A DNA stretch of 64,000 bases from Naegleria gruberi (lineage: Eukaryota). Under the pieces are notes generated by a model. That model was given only the letters and a program-made list of their open reading frames with translations, ran no database searches and had not been told where the DNA came from. Made by a program: the position numbers and the translations under genes. The DNA lies in assembly GCA_000004985.1 (NCBI GenBank), contig GG738898.1, one strand, 5' to 3'. Of the stretch, positions 21,568 through 33,540 are shown in pieces. Every line of letters starts with the position of its first letter. Position 1 is the first letter of the stretch.

Positions 21568-23166
21568 ATGACACAACAACAGTTCTATTATCATTATTCA
21601 ATAATCATCACCATGATTTTACTATTAACTTTACAACAATATATTTTAGTATTGCCAATGTCATCCTTACCAATAAAAACACAACAATTAAATTTAAATC
21701 TTGAAGCAAACTTCGGAATAATTTATTCATTCAATAGTAGTGAATGTTCTCCACAAAGATCATTAAAAGAATGTAAATCATCGATATATACTTTTAAAAA
21801 TATTAAAAAGGAAACTAATTTTGATGAAATTAATTTATATTACAAATTTAATGAACCTTTAAATTCAAACTTGGAATTTTCACTTTCATCTTTGGAAAAT
21901 CGAGGAAATGTTTTAACTAGTATTAAATTTAATATTAAACAAGATGAAAAATTGAATGATAAACTAATTTTAACATTTAATACTAAATATGGATTATTTA
22001 ATATTGATATGACTAGACAATTAAATGTTTCAATTGCAAATATTAATGATACGTTTAATCATTATTTAAATAATGATGAATTTGGTGTTTTAAATTTTAA
22101 ATCTAATTCTATTGATTTGGAATTAAATTTATTAAATATTTTTAATTTTATAAATAGAAATTTTAAAATAGTAATTCATGTAAATGGAAATACAAATTCA
22201 AGAATTTTAAATTTGAATGAATGGAATCAAGTATCATATCCTTCTTCATTTGAATTACAATTTCCAAATCAAAGATTTTTAACACTTTCATTTCCATCTC
22301 AAGACAAATTTGGAGAATTTAAAATAATTGAAAATAATTTAATTGATAAAAATGATCTAAGTCATGATATTGATAATTTTGAAAATATTAAAATATTAAA
22401 TAGTTATTTATATTTTGATATTAATTTAAATATTGAAAATTCAATTTTAATTTTTAATATTGGAAATTTAACAAATTTTAAAGATATATATGGAAAAGAA
22501 TATAATATTGATATAAATTCATTAAAATGTGCATCTACTTATGGTAATGGATACGTGAAAGGAAAAACAATAATTAAACCAGTTTATTCGTTCAATGATG
22601 GTAAAATATTAAAATGTATTGGAGATTCGATTTTTAGAAATAATTCGTTAATTACTATTTTGGGATTAAGACAGGAAACAAATATAATTAAAATTAAAGA
22701 TGAATCTCAAATAACTGGAAAGGTTACGAAAAAAGAAGGAAGATACTATCAAGCAGAAATACAATCTGACAGTTGTATTGCCTTTGATGGCGTTGTTTCC
22801 TTAAATAGAATGAAAATTTATGGTTTACAACAAGAATTATCCAAACATATTATCCTCCCTACCGTAAATAATGATACTTTTTATATGGATAGTATTATAG
22901 GTGGTGATCAAGTTAAATTTTGTGTGGATTCTCAAATTTATTCTGAAATTGGAAATTCTAAAAAACAAGTAATTGTATTTTATTTTATTTCAGAACATTT
23001 AGAATCAGAATTTAAATTTAAAGTTCATATTTCACCTTATTGGAAATTACCTGTTGTAATTGGATCTGTTATTGGAACAGTTGTAATGATAACAATTGCT
23101 GTTTTTGTAATGTTAATTATTTTTAGTTGTACAAGAAGAAAATATTCTTATAATCCTGTTAATTAA
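21568..23166 (+). CDS. Type I membrane glycoprotein of unknown function (signal peptide, large N-glycosylation-rich ectodomain, single C-terminal transmembrane helix).
   Basis: ATG at 21568 gives 'MTQQQFYYHYSIIITMILLLTL' (signal peptide). There are many NxS/T sites. The C-terminal transmembrane segment is 'VVIGSVIGTVVMITIAVFVMLIIF', followed by a short basic tail. Confidence 0.6.
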   Translation: MTQQQFYYHYSIIITMILLLTLQQYILVLPMSSLPIKTQQLNLNLEANFGIIYSFNSSECSPQRSLKECKSSIYTFKNIKKETNFDEINLYYKFNEPLNSNLEFSLSSLENRGNVLTSIKFNIKQDEKLNDKLILTFNTKYGLFNIDMTRQLNVSIANINDTFNHYLNNDEFGVLNFKSNSIDLELNLLNIFNFINRNFKIVIHVNGNTNSRILNLNEWNQVSYPSSFELQFPNQRFLTLSFPSQDKFGEFKIIENNLIDKNDLSHDIDNFENIKILNSYLYFDINLNIENSILIFNIGNLTNFKDIYGKEYNIDINSLKCASTYGNGYVKGKTIIKPVYSFNDGKILKCIGDSIFRNNSLITILGLRQETNIIKIKDESQITGKVTKKEGRYYQAEIQSDSCIAFDGVVSLNRMKIYGLQQELSKHIILPTVNNDTFYMDSIIGGDQVKFCVDSQIYSEIGNSKKQVIVFYFISEHLESEFKFKVHISPYWKLPVVIGSVIGTVVMITIAVFVMLIIFSCTRRKYSYNPVN

Positions 23167-23210
23167 ACTAGGGATGTAATAAATGGAAAGTAGAATTCTA
23201 TAGAAATATT

Positions 23211-25079
23211 TCAATAATATTGATTTGCCTTATTTGAAATTGACATGCCAAACTTGTTAAAATCTTCAGGTGTGGAAATATCTGTAAACTTTTCAATATT
23301 ATTCTTTCCCAATAATGTCTTTACATGATCTTTCATCCTTTCATGCACATCATACCAAGCATGTTTATAGAGAACATTTAAATATTCTCGAAATGAGAAG
23401 GCATCCTCTTTTTGAGCGAGCATTCCATAGATTATAATAAATAGTTTGGCATCTATAATTGGAAGTGAAAATCTACTCAAAAATTGATCCATTAAATTAA
23501 ATTCGTACGGATAAGTATTATTTACAATTTGAATAATTAACTCTTTAACATTATTAATAATAAAAGTTTGATCATGTTCAGAAATACGTGACATTTCAAA
23601 TACTGACTGGTTTGGAAATAATACATTAAATGCTTTAAATGTTAATGCAGTGTCTTTCCTTAGTACATTCATTAATTTTGCAAAGAATTTACATTCTTCT
23701 TCTATTGCATAAATTGTTAATTGATATTTATCCATTAAATATCTAACTAATTCATGAATTTCTCGACAATTATCACAATTCAAGCATTTGATTGCTTCCT
23801 TAACTTGTTCCATTGGAAATGTGAAATTTCTTTCACTGGCAACCTTAAAGAAGTTAAATAAATTTCTAATATTTCCATTTTCCAATGAAACTATTTCAAT
23901 TGGGAATGGAAATTCTTGAAGGAATGTTCTGAGATATTTCTGACCTGTACTGTAAAGGGAAATAGTTTGAGAAATGGTAAATCCTTTTAATGGATTTTCA
24001 TAATACTTAATTATTTGATTCATCCCAATTAATTGATTTAAACATTTCATAAAATAATTAGTTTTCTTAAATAATCCTGTGGTTTTAAAACCTAGACAGT
24101 ATGATAGATAATCATCCTTCACATCTACTATTTCAACTCCATTTTTAATCATTTCTGTTGTAATCATTGGAATGTGTTTCTCATAGAATTCATATTTTTT
24201 GAATAATATCGATAAAATAGAAATTGGATATTTCAATTTGTAAAATGTAAATAATTTTTCTATAAAGTCATCCGAATATTCAATAAATTGATCCAATTTA
24301 GGGAGTTCTTCAAGTATTAACTCAAATAATTTCCCCAATTTCGAATAGTCCAAATATTGATTCATTCTAATAATCTTTCCAATACACTCTCTAATTAAAT
24401 TCGTTTCTTCTGGAACGTACTGTCTCATATATGGAGATCTTTCAATATTCTTACATAATAAAACTTGCATAAATTGATAAATCACCAAATCATAATAATA
24501 AAAACTATCACCAATGGATATGAACTTTTGAACCGCAGCAGAATAGAAGGAAATTACTTGATTTTTCATTAATTTCTTGAATTGGGTATTTTCTAAATTG
24601 TTTTCTACTCGTTTCATTCTCAAATTCTTTGCTTCTCTTTCCAATTCTAAATTTCTCTTCACAAGTGACAATAATTTAGATATTACAATGGGACGGAAAT
24701 GAGTGTCACTACTGGAATATGATGGTTGGGGTAGAGAATTTATCAAAGAATACACAACTTGCATCCTCTCTTTCATATTCTTTGTTTTTTCAAGATTGTA
24801 AATTATTCCACTGTTAGTATCTTTAATTTTGTAAACATTTTGTAAAGCATTACAACAATTAATTAAATGTTGTATTAAAAATCTTTCAAATACCATCTTC
24901 CAAAATGTTTCACTTTTATCCAACTGTAAATTCCACTCCCTACAAACAACCAAAACATTTGGAATTTCATGAATCGGAAGAAATTCCACCACACTATTCA
25001 ATTCATCATAAGAAATTAATAATATTTGTGATGAGTGAGTTATTGTTTCTAATTGATCGTTAGTTTTGCGGTTAGACAT
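23211..25079 (-). CDS. Hypothetical protein of 622 aa with a weak N-terminal F-box-like motif.
   Basis: 'LISYDELNSVVEFLPIHEIPNVLVVCREWN' near the N-terminus; the rest is helical with no known motif. Confidence 0.55.
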   Translation of the reverse strand: MSNRKTNDQLETITHSSQILLISYDELNSVVEFLPIHEIPNVLVVCREWNLQLDKSETFWKMVFERFLIQHLINCCNALQNVYKIKDTNSGIIYNLEKTKNMKERMQVVYSLINSLPQPSYSSSDTHFRPIVISKLLSLVKRNLELEREAKNLRMKRVENNLENTQFKKLMKNQVISFYSAAVQKFISIGDSFYYYDLVIYQFMQVLLCKNIERSPYMRQYVPEETNLIRECIGKIIRMNQYLDYSKLGKLFELILEELPKLDQFIEYSDDFIEKLFTFYKLKYPISILSILFKKYEFYEKHIPMITTEMIKNGVEIVDVKDDYLSYCLGFKTTGLFKKTNYFMKCLNQLIGMNQIIKYYENPLKGFTISQTISLYSTGQKYLRTFLQEFPFPIEIVSLENGNIRNLFNFFKVASERNFTFPMEQVKEAIKCLNCDNCREIHELVRYLMDKYQLTIYAIEEECKFFAKLMNVLRKDTALTFKAFNVLFPNQSVFEMSRISEHDQTFIINNVKELIIQIVNNTYPYEFNLMDQFLSRFSLPIIDAKLFIIIYGMLAQKEDAFSFREYLNVLYKHAWYDVHERMKDHVKTLLGKNNIEKFTDISTPEDFNKFGMSISNKANQYY

Positions 25080-25109
25080 TTTTAATATTATTGATTAATG
25101 GTGAACTTT

Positions 25110-26501
25110 TCAAATGTTTTGAGATTGGTGAAGTAAATATTCATCAATGGTTTTGAAAATTCCTTCATAATAATAACGTTTTACAATCTTGTATCGTGAT
25201 GCAAATAATTTGTAAGTTTTCAATTCAATCTTTAGCATTTCCACATAGTTAGAAACTCTTGAATCTTTAGGAAAAACTATTCCACTAGGTTGTTGTTGCT
25301 GAGTTTTTTTGTAATGATACTCTGCGGCAACTGAAACATGAGTTAGAATTTCTATTGGAAGAATTATCACATTAGGATTACTAATTAATTTAACAATGGA
25401 TTTGGCACATCTATCAAGAGTAAACTCCACCATTGGTGTTACTGTTGCATATTTTGATAATATTCCTAAAGTAGTTCCATTTTTGATTATTTCATAATAC
25501 ATTGTAATTGTATCTGATTTTCCAAAAGTTTCATCTTCATAATTCTTACATTCTGAAATTAGTGTTTGAACAAATGTATTCAATTCCATGCAATTAGAAG
25601 AATCTATCAAATGTGGATGTTTCAAAATTTGATAACAATCATTGTATTCATCTTTACAATCATCCATGAAATAAGTAAACGTATCTGGTAGTATTTCAAG
25701 AAATCTTTCAAATGAAAGTGGATACAAATCCATACTCTTCTCTACATTGAATATCGCACATTCTAATATTTGGATAAGCGAAATGAGAAGTTTTGTTGTG
25801 GTGCAATTTTCTACAATTAAATTTTGTTTGTAAAACAATAAAATTTGAAAGTAGAATTTGGAAACGTCCAATCTTTCAAACCACCATTCATAAAAACACA
25901 TATTCAAATAAGTAATGGCTACTCTAGTACTCGAATGAGAATCGAACACTTTTGAAAGATAATCCTTAGCTTGTTTGGCTGATTTTTCTGATTTTTCAAT
26001 ATTTCCCATTTGACATTCACATGAAGCTTTGATTGAATAATATAAAGCAGCCATTTCATTCATTTCCTTATTATAACTTGATGAATTATTGGATTTGTAA
26101 TGAGAAATCAAGAATTGTTCCAACTCCTTCCTCTCCATTATTTTAAATCCACTAAAGTAATAATCCAATATTGTAACATCTTCGTGTTTAATACTATTAT
26201 TAATGACTGGTTTCGCTCTTCTTTTGTAATTAGTTGAATATTTACATGTCATTCCTCTCAAACTACAACCATGACATGATGGTTTCGTTCTATCACATCT
26301 TCTGTGATTGACTCGGCAACCGTCACATGATATGGGTGAATACTCAATCACAGTTGGTTCATTATTATTGGTAGAATTAGTAGATGTGCTGACGACATTC
26401 ATTGTCTTGTCGGATGCATGATTTGTTTTATCTTCATCAATTTGTTGAAGGCTAAGGAACATGTTATGATGATCTTCACCTCCACTACTACTACTAGCCA
26501 T
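25110..26501 (-). CDS. Zn(II)2Cys6 (GAL4-type) binuclear-cluster transcription factor.
   Basis: 'CDGCRVNHRRCDRTKPSCHGCSLRGMTC' has exact CX2CX6CX6CX2CX6C spacing, followed by a basic stretch 'KYSTNYKRRAKP'. The ATG sits at the gap edge. Confidence 0.8.
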   Translation of the reverse strand: MASSSSGGEDHHNMFLSLQQIDEDKTNHASDKTMNVVSTSTNSTNNNEPTVIEYSPISCDGCRVNHRRCDRTKPSCHGCSLRGMTCKYSTNYKRRAKPVINNSIKHEDVTILDYYFSGFKIMERKELEQFLISHYKSNNSSSYNKEMNEMAALYYSIKASCECQMGNIEKSEKSAKQAKDYLSKVFDSHSSTRVAITYLNMCFYEWWFERLDVSKFYFQILLFYKQNLIVENCTTTKLLISLIQILECAIFNVEKSMDLYPLSFERFLEILPDTFTYFMDDCKDEYNDCYQILKHPHLIDSSNCMELNTFVQTLISECKNYEDETFGKSDTITMYYEIIKNGTTLGILSKYATVTPMVEFTLDRCAKSIVKLISNPNVIILPIEILTHVSVAAEYHYKKTQQQQPSGIVFPKDSRVSNYVEMLKIELKTYKLFASRYKIVKRYYYEGIFKTIDEYLLHQSQNI

Positions 26502-27077
26502 TGATTCAAAGGAAAAATCATTGGGANNNNNNNNNNNNNNNNNNNNNNNNNNNNNNNNNNNNNNNNNNNNNNNNNNNNNNNNNNNNNNNNNNNNNNNNNN
26601 NNNNNNNNNNNNNNNNNNNNNNNNNNNNNNNNNNNNNNNNNNNNNNNNNNNNNNNNNNNNNNNNNNNNNNNNNNNNNNNNNNNNNNNNNNNNNNNNNNNN
26701 NNNNNNNNNNNNNNNNNNNNNNNNNNNNNNNNNNNNNNNNNNNNNNNNNNNNNNNNNNNNNNNNNNNNNNNNNNNNNNNNNNNNNNNNNNNNNNNNNNNN
26801 NNNNNNNNNNNNNNNNNNNNNNNNNNNNNNNNNNNNNNNNNNNNNNNNNNNNNNNNNNNNNNNNNNNNNNNNNNNNNNNNNNNNNNNNNNNNNNNNNNNN
26901 NNNNNNNNNNNNNNNNNNNNNNNNNNNNNNNNNNNNNNNNNNNNNNNNNNNNNNNNNNNNNNNNNNNNNNNNNNNNNNNNNNNNNNNNNNNNNNNNNNNN
27001 NNNNNNNNNNNNNNNNNNNNNNNNNNNNNNNNNNNNNNNNNNNNNNNNNNNNNNNNNNNNNNNNNNNNNNNNNNNNA

Positions 27078-27427
27078 NCTGGGGATATAAGGCCTGTGCT
27101 ACTGGTAAAGGAAGACAATCTGCCAAGTCAGAACTTGAAAAGTTGAATTTAGATACTCTTACTGTTCAAGAAGCCCTGAAAGAAGCTGCTCGTATTATTT
27201 ATCATGTTCATGATGATTCAAAGGATAGACAAATGGAATTGGAATTGAGTTGGATTTCTGCTGACACCAAGTGGGAACATCGTAAAGTTACTGGTGAATT
27301 ATTTGACCAAATGGTACAAAATGCCAAGGACCAAACCAAGAAGACTGGTGCTCCTTCAGCAACTGGTGGATCTACTTCTGATTCTATGGCTGATGAAGAT
27401 GAAGATTTGTCATCAAGCAATCAATAA
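27078..27427 (+). CDS. PSMA3: Proteasome subunit alpha type-3 (alpha7), C-terminal part only. The 5' two-thirds lie in the gap at 26527-27077.
   Basis: 'TVQEALKEAARIIYHVHDDSKDRQMELELSWIS' parallels human PSMA3 '[26 protein letters not shown]', and the C-terminus has an acidic tail. Confidence 0.75.
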
Positions 27428-27534
27428 TTCTCTCCAACACAACCACCACTCTGTAATAATACTATTTTGAAATACATTGTAAATTTGAATATCACACACA
27501 ATTTTAAATTTCTTTTCCATAAATATTATAAAAA

Positions 27535-28245
27535 ATGTCTCAATATCATGAGCAGCAACAAGATGATTCATTTCCCATCTCATCTATTGTCCCATCAAAT
27601 ATGATCGGAATGAGTGATGTTATTACTACTAACACTGCTACTGCTACGGGAGAGGATTTTTCACCATCATCTTTGCTTCCATGTGAAGCCTATGAAAAGG
27701 ATGGGTTTTGTGCTAGAGGATCAACTTGTAAATTCAAACACGAATCAGCCATTGGAAATGTTAATTTAATTGAATTTTTATTTGAGTATGAAACAATCAT
27801 TCCGAAGGCTACAAGTAAGAAGGTTAGAAAAATCAGTGAAATTACTTTGGATACTCAAAAAACAAATCAAGTACCACCCTCTCCCTCTTCTATTGATAAG
27901 AAACCAATGATTAGGAAATCAAAGAAAACAAAAATTGAAAAGAAAATTGATAATGATAGTATTAATAATACTAATACTTCATCATCTACTAATCAATTAA
28001 CAAGTGCATCGATGCCAGAGGAACCTTTCGAAATACCTGCTGAATATGCTGAAATTAACTTTGAAAAACCAATCATTCCATTCAATTTTTCATTTCACAC
28101 ACCTACCTTTTTAAGACAATCTACATTGCAAGAATTAATTGATATTAACATGAAAAATACAACAAATAGAAATAAGGGAATTGTGCTGGCTTATATGAAA
28201 GGTAAGAAGATTTATCAAATTCTCACTAACTTTGACCTTAAATGA
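27535..28245 (+). CDS. CCCH zinc-finger protein.
   Basis: 'CEAYEKDGFCARGSTCKFKH' has canonical C-x8-C-x5-C-x3-H spacing. Confidence 0.7.
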   Translation: MSQYHEQQQDDSFPISSIVPSNMIGMSDVITTNTATATGEDFSPSSLLPCEAYEKDGFCARGSTCKFKHESAIGNVNLIEFLFEYETIIPKATSKKVRKISEITLDTQKTNQVPPSPSSIDKKPMIRKSKKTKIEKKIDNDSINNTNTSSSTNQLTSASMPEEPFEIPAEYAEINFEKPIIPFNFSFHTPTFLRQSTLQELIDINMKNTTNRNKGIVLAYMKGKKIYQILTNFDLK

Positions 28246-28499
28246 TTTAAAAGAGAAGGAAATTTACAACTCTTCACATGATAAAGTTTCCTACTCGAGA
28301 AAATTTACAAAATACAAGAAAACTCTTCCAACAACCAAAAAGTAGAGGGAATTCATGGATTGATATTACAAGTTTTTACTCTAAAAAGAATAATGGAGTC
28401 ACTACCCAAATAATTAGATTTTCAGAAATTAAGCCTCTAGTAACCTTTGTTTATTACGACTGTATTAGCTCAGGTCTCCAAAGCTTGTAAGTACAACAA

Positions 28500-29448
28500 T
28501 TATTGCCTCTTATATTTAATGATATATTCAGGATAACATTGATATCTATCATAAACAATTAATTCTCTATATGCACTATTTGATGCATTTGAGTTTCCAA
28601 TTACACTATCAAAGACTCTTCTGTTAGTACCGTTAATTTCTGGAGGTCTTCTTTCATTTGTCATTCTTTTAGGTGTGTAATAGATTTGTCTTCCCAATAA
28701 AACTCTGCATAAGAATAGAGAATATTCATTATTTCGATCTGGAGTACAATATTGATCACTTTTAGAACAATATTCTGCAAAATAAACTCCAGCTCCAAAT
28801 AAACCTCCCAAACTTGCAACTCTTTCATCAAATCCATGCTCTGAAATGCTTGAAATAAATTCTGGTTTTGTTCCATGCCATAAATATTTTTCATTCATTC
28901 CACCATTCAATCCAACTGTTTTCATCCACTCAAAGGATTTACTTGTTTTTGCTAATTGTTCTGTTTGAACTTGGATTGAGTTCAGGGGATCTTGATAAGA
29001 TGTCAAATGATTCATTCTTGATTTATATGAAGTGAAAAGTGATGCATTTTCAATTCTTGAAACACTTGAAACAACCATTTTGGAATAGTTCATTCTCACT
29101 TGTTGATCTCTTCCACTTCCAAGAGTTGTTGAATTACAAGAAATATCAATTACACCTTGAATAGTATTCTTCAAATATTTTGTAACATCCACAATGTAAT
29201 ATCTTTTAGAATAGGATGTAAATGTATTTCTCTTCCAATAACTTGGCAAGACAATATTCAATTGTTTGGATTTAGATTCTTCCAAATCCATTTCCATTGT
29301 TTGTAATTTCTTTTCCTTAATTTTCAATTTGCTGATTTGATTGGAAATTTCTTCTCTTTTTTTGACACTTTGATTGGTGAATTCTTTTGTTTTCTGTTCA
29401 AGATTCTTAATTTTTTCTTGAAGATTGAGTTTATCTTGATTAAAGATN
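28500..29448 (-). CDS. Poly(ADP-ribose) polymerase catalytic-domain protein, C-terminal part. It continues 5' through the gap at 29449-30718, and the likely N-terminal 'MSLVSSEDLFYSL...' lies at 30859..30719.
   Basis: H-Y-E PARP signature: 'LWHGTKPEFISSISEHGF', 'GAGVYFAEYCSKSDQYC', 'LFLCRVLLGR', 'YRELIVYD'. The upstream part is coiled-coil 'NQDKLNLQEKIKNLEQK'. Confidence 0.82.
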
Positions 29449-31419
29449 NNNNNNNNNNNNNNNNNNNNNNNNNNNNNNNNNNNNNNNNNNNNNNNNNNNN
29501 NNNNNNNNNNNNNNNNNNNNNNNNNNNNNNNNNNNNNNNNNNNNNNNNNNNNNNNNNNNNNNNNNNNNNNNNNNNNNNNNNNNNNNNNNNNNNNNNNNNN
29601 NNNNNNNNNNNNNNNNNNNNNNNNNNNNNNNNNNNNNNNNNNNNNNNNNNNNNNNNNNNNNNNNNNNNNNNNNNNNNNNNNNNNNNNNNNNNNNNNNNNN
29701 NNNNNNNNNNNNNNNNNNNNNNNNNNNNNNNNNNNNNNNNNNNNNNNNNNNNNNNNNNNNNNNNNNNNNNNNNNNNNNNNNNNNNNNNNNNNNNNNNNNN
29801 NNNNNNNNNNNNNNNNNNNNNNNNNNNNNNNNNNNNNNNNNNNNNNNNNNNNNNNNNNNNNNNNNNNNNNNNNNNNNNNNNNNNNNNNNNNNNNNNNNNN
29901 NNNNNNNNNNNNNNNNNNNNNNNNNNNNNNNNNNNNNNNNNNNNNNNNNNNNNNNNNNNNNNNNNNNNNNNNNNNNNNNNNNNNNNNNNNNNNNNNNNNN
30001 NNNNNNNNNNNNNNNNNNNNNNNNNNNNNNNNNNNNNNNNNNNNNNNNNNNNNNNNNNNNNNNNNNNNNNNNNNNNNNNNNNNNNNNNNNNNNNNNNNNN
30101 NNNNNNNNNNNNNNNNNNNNNNNNNNNNNNNNNNNNNNNNNNNNNNNNNNNNNNNNNNNNNNNNNNNNNNNNNNNNNNNNNNNNNNNNNNNNNNNNNNNN
30201 NNNNNNNNNNNNNNNNNNNNNNNNNNNNNNNNNNNNNNNNNNNNNNNNNNNNNNNNNNNNNNNNNNNNNNNNNNNNNNNNNNNNNNNNNNNNNNNNNNNN
30301 NNNNNNNNNNNNNNNNNNNNNNNNNNNNNNNNNNNNNNNNNNNNNNNNNNNNNNNNNNNNNNNNNNNNNNNNNNNNNNNNNNNNNNNNNNNNNNNNNNNN
30401 NNNNNNNNNNNNNNNNNNNNNNNNNNNNNNNNNNNNNNNNNNNNNNNNNNNNNNNNNNNNNNNNNNNNNNNNNNNNNNNNNNNNNNNNNNNNNNNNNNNN
30501 NNNNNNNNNNNNNNNNNNNNNNNNNNNNNNNNNNNNNNNNNNNNNNNNNNNNNNNNNNNNNNNNNNNNNNNNNNNNNNNNNNNNNNNNNNNNNNNNNNNN
30601 NNNNNNNNNNNNNNNNNNNNNNNNNNNNNNNNNNNNNNNNNNNNNNNNNNNNNNNNNNNNNNNNNNNNNNNNNNNNNNNNNNNNNNNNNNNNNNNNNNNN
30701 NNNNNNNNNNNNNNNNNNCAATTGTGAAGTATCCTCATGTGTAATATTCAATCCTTCAATAACTACAATATATTGATGACTGTAAAATGAATAGAAATCT
30801 CTTGGCCTTCGTTTATAACTAAGGGAATAAAACAAATCTTCACTCGAAACCAGTGACAAACGATGTGCATTGTGCCTTCTTTTGAAATTAAGGGAAAAGC
30901 CACTAACTATGGCACCAATTTGTTCTTCCTTTCCACTACCTTCATCAAATCTCTAAATACGCATAGAGACCTTCCTCTCAATGTTGTACACCTCGATATT
31001 ATATCCACGATGATGATCTTTACTATTGATAGTTGTCATGTTTTTTTAAGATTGTGTTTATTTTTAAAACATTTGTCGACCTTAATATATCTTAATACAT
31101 TTGTGAAACATAGAAAATTGTTTGCAAAATCACAAAAATAATTGCATTCTAAATTTGTTTTTTGTTCTTGAATCAATTAAGAGAAATGATCAGTTTCTGT
31201 CTTTTGAAAGGTTATGTTGTCTTGAGGATAATAGAAATGATTATCAACTGATACATCACTGTGTTAAATACAACAATACCTCAAGTCACCAATTTTCGAA
31301 AACAACACCTTATTCATCTTTCTAAATAAGTATACTTCCACATTAATCACTGTGATTATCCGACTCCTCCTAACCAACTCATGAGTTGAAGATCAACCAT
31401 TAACCACAAAGCTTGAAAA

Positions 31420-32510
31420 ATGCGTCAATTACGTGTATCAATATCTCAACCTCAACAAGTTGTTGTGCATCGACCTTCTTATCAAACTCTTCCTCCTAAA
31501 CAATCAGTCATCAATAAGAAGAGAGATCGAAATGTTTTATTGATGGAATATTATTCATCAGCCTATATTCGACCTAGTAAATATTTGCTATTAAGCAGAG
31601 AGGATGTTGAAGAAACTGGTGATGAAGACAATATTTCTTCTCATCATCAGGAAGAAACTAATTTGAATGAAAGTCTTCTCGTTTACACTAATATTGAACA
31701 AGAATCAGCTTTAAATAGAAGAGGTCTGTTGCATGTTGGTGAAGATTGCCTTTCGATTATTGCCAAGTACATGCGAATAGATGAAATGTACACATGTATA
31801 CAAACATGCAAAGCTTGGGGAAGAATGTTACTTCCCACCTTTATGTTATTATCAGAGGAAACTTTAGAATATGAAGAACACTTGCTGGACTTACTCACCT
31901 ATGGTTTGAAAGTGGACAATAATCCATTGGATTTTGCTTCAGAAGGAGTGTTTTCTGAGCATGCTACATGGAAACCACATTTATGTTATCTTGAACAACA
32001 AGAAGTTGCACCATTCGAAGGAAATTTTGAAGAGGAAGAGGTCGTAGAGCATAAAGATTTACAAATTTGTAGGATTAATCTTCCCTTTGGTAGTCCTCTA
32101 TGTAAGGGAACAATAACAGAACAATTCGAATTGATACAAGATGAAGTAAATGTAGATAGCTATCGGGAGGTGGTGAATGAACATCTTGGTATTCCAATAG
32201 AAGAACAATGAAGTTATGAATTTACTCCTTTCGTATTCTATGATGAGATTAAGAGGGAGAAGGAAATGATGCTTCCCTATGTTAAGGAAATTCAACAATC
32301 ACTGATTGCTCATTATGAAGATCATTATAATGAGATGACCAATGAACAGAGATCTTCTCCCTCAATGACATTTTATGGATTAAGACTGGGTATTATGCAT
32401 CTCTTAAAGAGAGGAGGTGTAATGTTCTTTGAACCCAATGTAGTTGAAGATGCTCTCTATCAATTAAAAGCAATCATTTATTTGGTAATTAAGGAAGCTT
32501 ATGAAAGTNN
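31420..32510 (+). CDS. Hypothetical F-box-like protein (31420..32211, possibly continuing in 32266..32510 before the gap).
   Basis: 'LLHVGEDCLSIIAKYMRIDEMYTCIQTCKAWGRMLLP' fits the F-box consensus; the 3' structure is unresolved. Confidence 0.5.
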
Positions 32511-32813
32511 NNNNNNNNNNNNNNNNNNNNNNNNNNNNNNNNNNNNNNNNNNNNNNNNNNNNNNNNNNNNNNNNNNNNNNNNNNNNNNNNNNNNNNNNNN
32601 NNNNNNNNNNNNNNNNNNNNNNNNNNNNNNNNNNNNNNNNNNNNNNNNNNNNNNNNNNNNNNNNNNNNNNNNNNNNNNNNNNNNNNNNNNNNNNNNNNNN
32701 NNNNNNNNNNNNNNNNNNNNNNNNNNNNNNNNNNNNNNNNNNNNNNNNNNNNNNNNNNNNNNNNNNNNNNNNNNNNNNNNNNNNNNNNNNNNNNNNNNNN
32801 NNNNNNNNNNNNN

Positions 32814-33090
32814 TTGTTGTTTTTGCTCAGCAGTTCTTTGTTCAGCTTGTTGTTGTTGAGCAGCAATTTCTCCATTGGAAGAATAGGTTGATGGAGGAGC
32901 TTGTTTATTTCTCTTTCCAACTGTCTTTCCACCTCCCATCAATAAAGAAGCTCCTTTGGTAATTTTACTGCAAAATCCTCTTTTTCCTTTCTTTGGTTGA
33001 CCACCAGCTTGTTGACTGGTTGAGTCTCCTCTGAAACCTCCTTTTCTTTTTAAGGAAATGATGAAGGTGATATCAGAAAGTTCTTCATTG
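32814..33090 (-). CDS. Hypothetical basic/Gln-rich low-complexity protein fragment whose 3' end is in the gap.
   Basis: The minus frame reads '...LKRKGGFRGDSTSQQAGGQPKKGKRGFCSKITKGASLLMGGGKTVGKRNKQAPP...QQQQAEQRTAEQKQQ' into the N-run. Confidence 0.35.
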
Positions 33091-33540
33091 GAAGAGAAGG
33101 CAAGAGTTGAAGATGAGTGTACGTATACAAACAGCTCCGAGAGTGGTTGATGGTTTAAGTGGATTACTTCGCGTTAGTTTATCCAACTTAGTAAGCTAAA
33201 AATTTGATAAATTGAATGGTAATTGTATTGATGAATAGTAATGATTGTTAAGATCAAATTATTTATTGAAGGTTTTTCACTACAACTAGACCCTCCAACA
33301 ATCCATTTCACATGGAGTTGGATTTTTGATTGTTCAACGTGACTATTTTCAATGATTTTTACAACATTTGTGTTCTCTTCTCCGATTTGGAACATTGTCA
33401 ACACTAGCAAGTTGGTTTCGTAAAGATATTTCAATAAAGAAGAGTGTCACTTTGAAATAACGCAAAAACAATTGGTAACACACTATGTTCAATGTCGTAA
33501 ACAGAAGACTGCTATTAGTCTTTTCAAAATTTGAAAAAAA

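Noticed and set aside
33174-33434. 86-aa minus ORF in the 33.1-33.5 kb spacer
   Set aside because: It has no motif and AT-rich random-like composition, and it lies in the promoter region of the secreted-protein gene.
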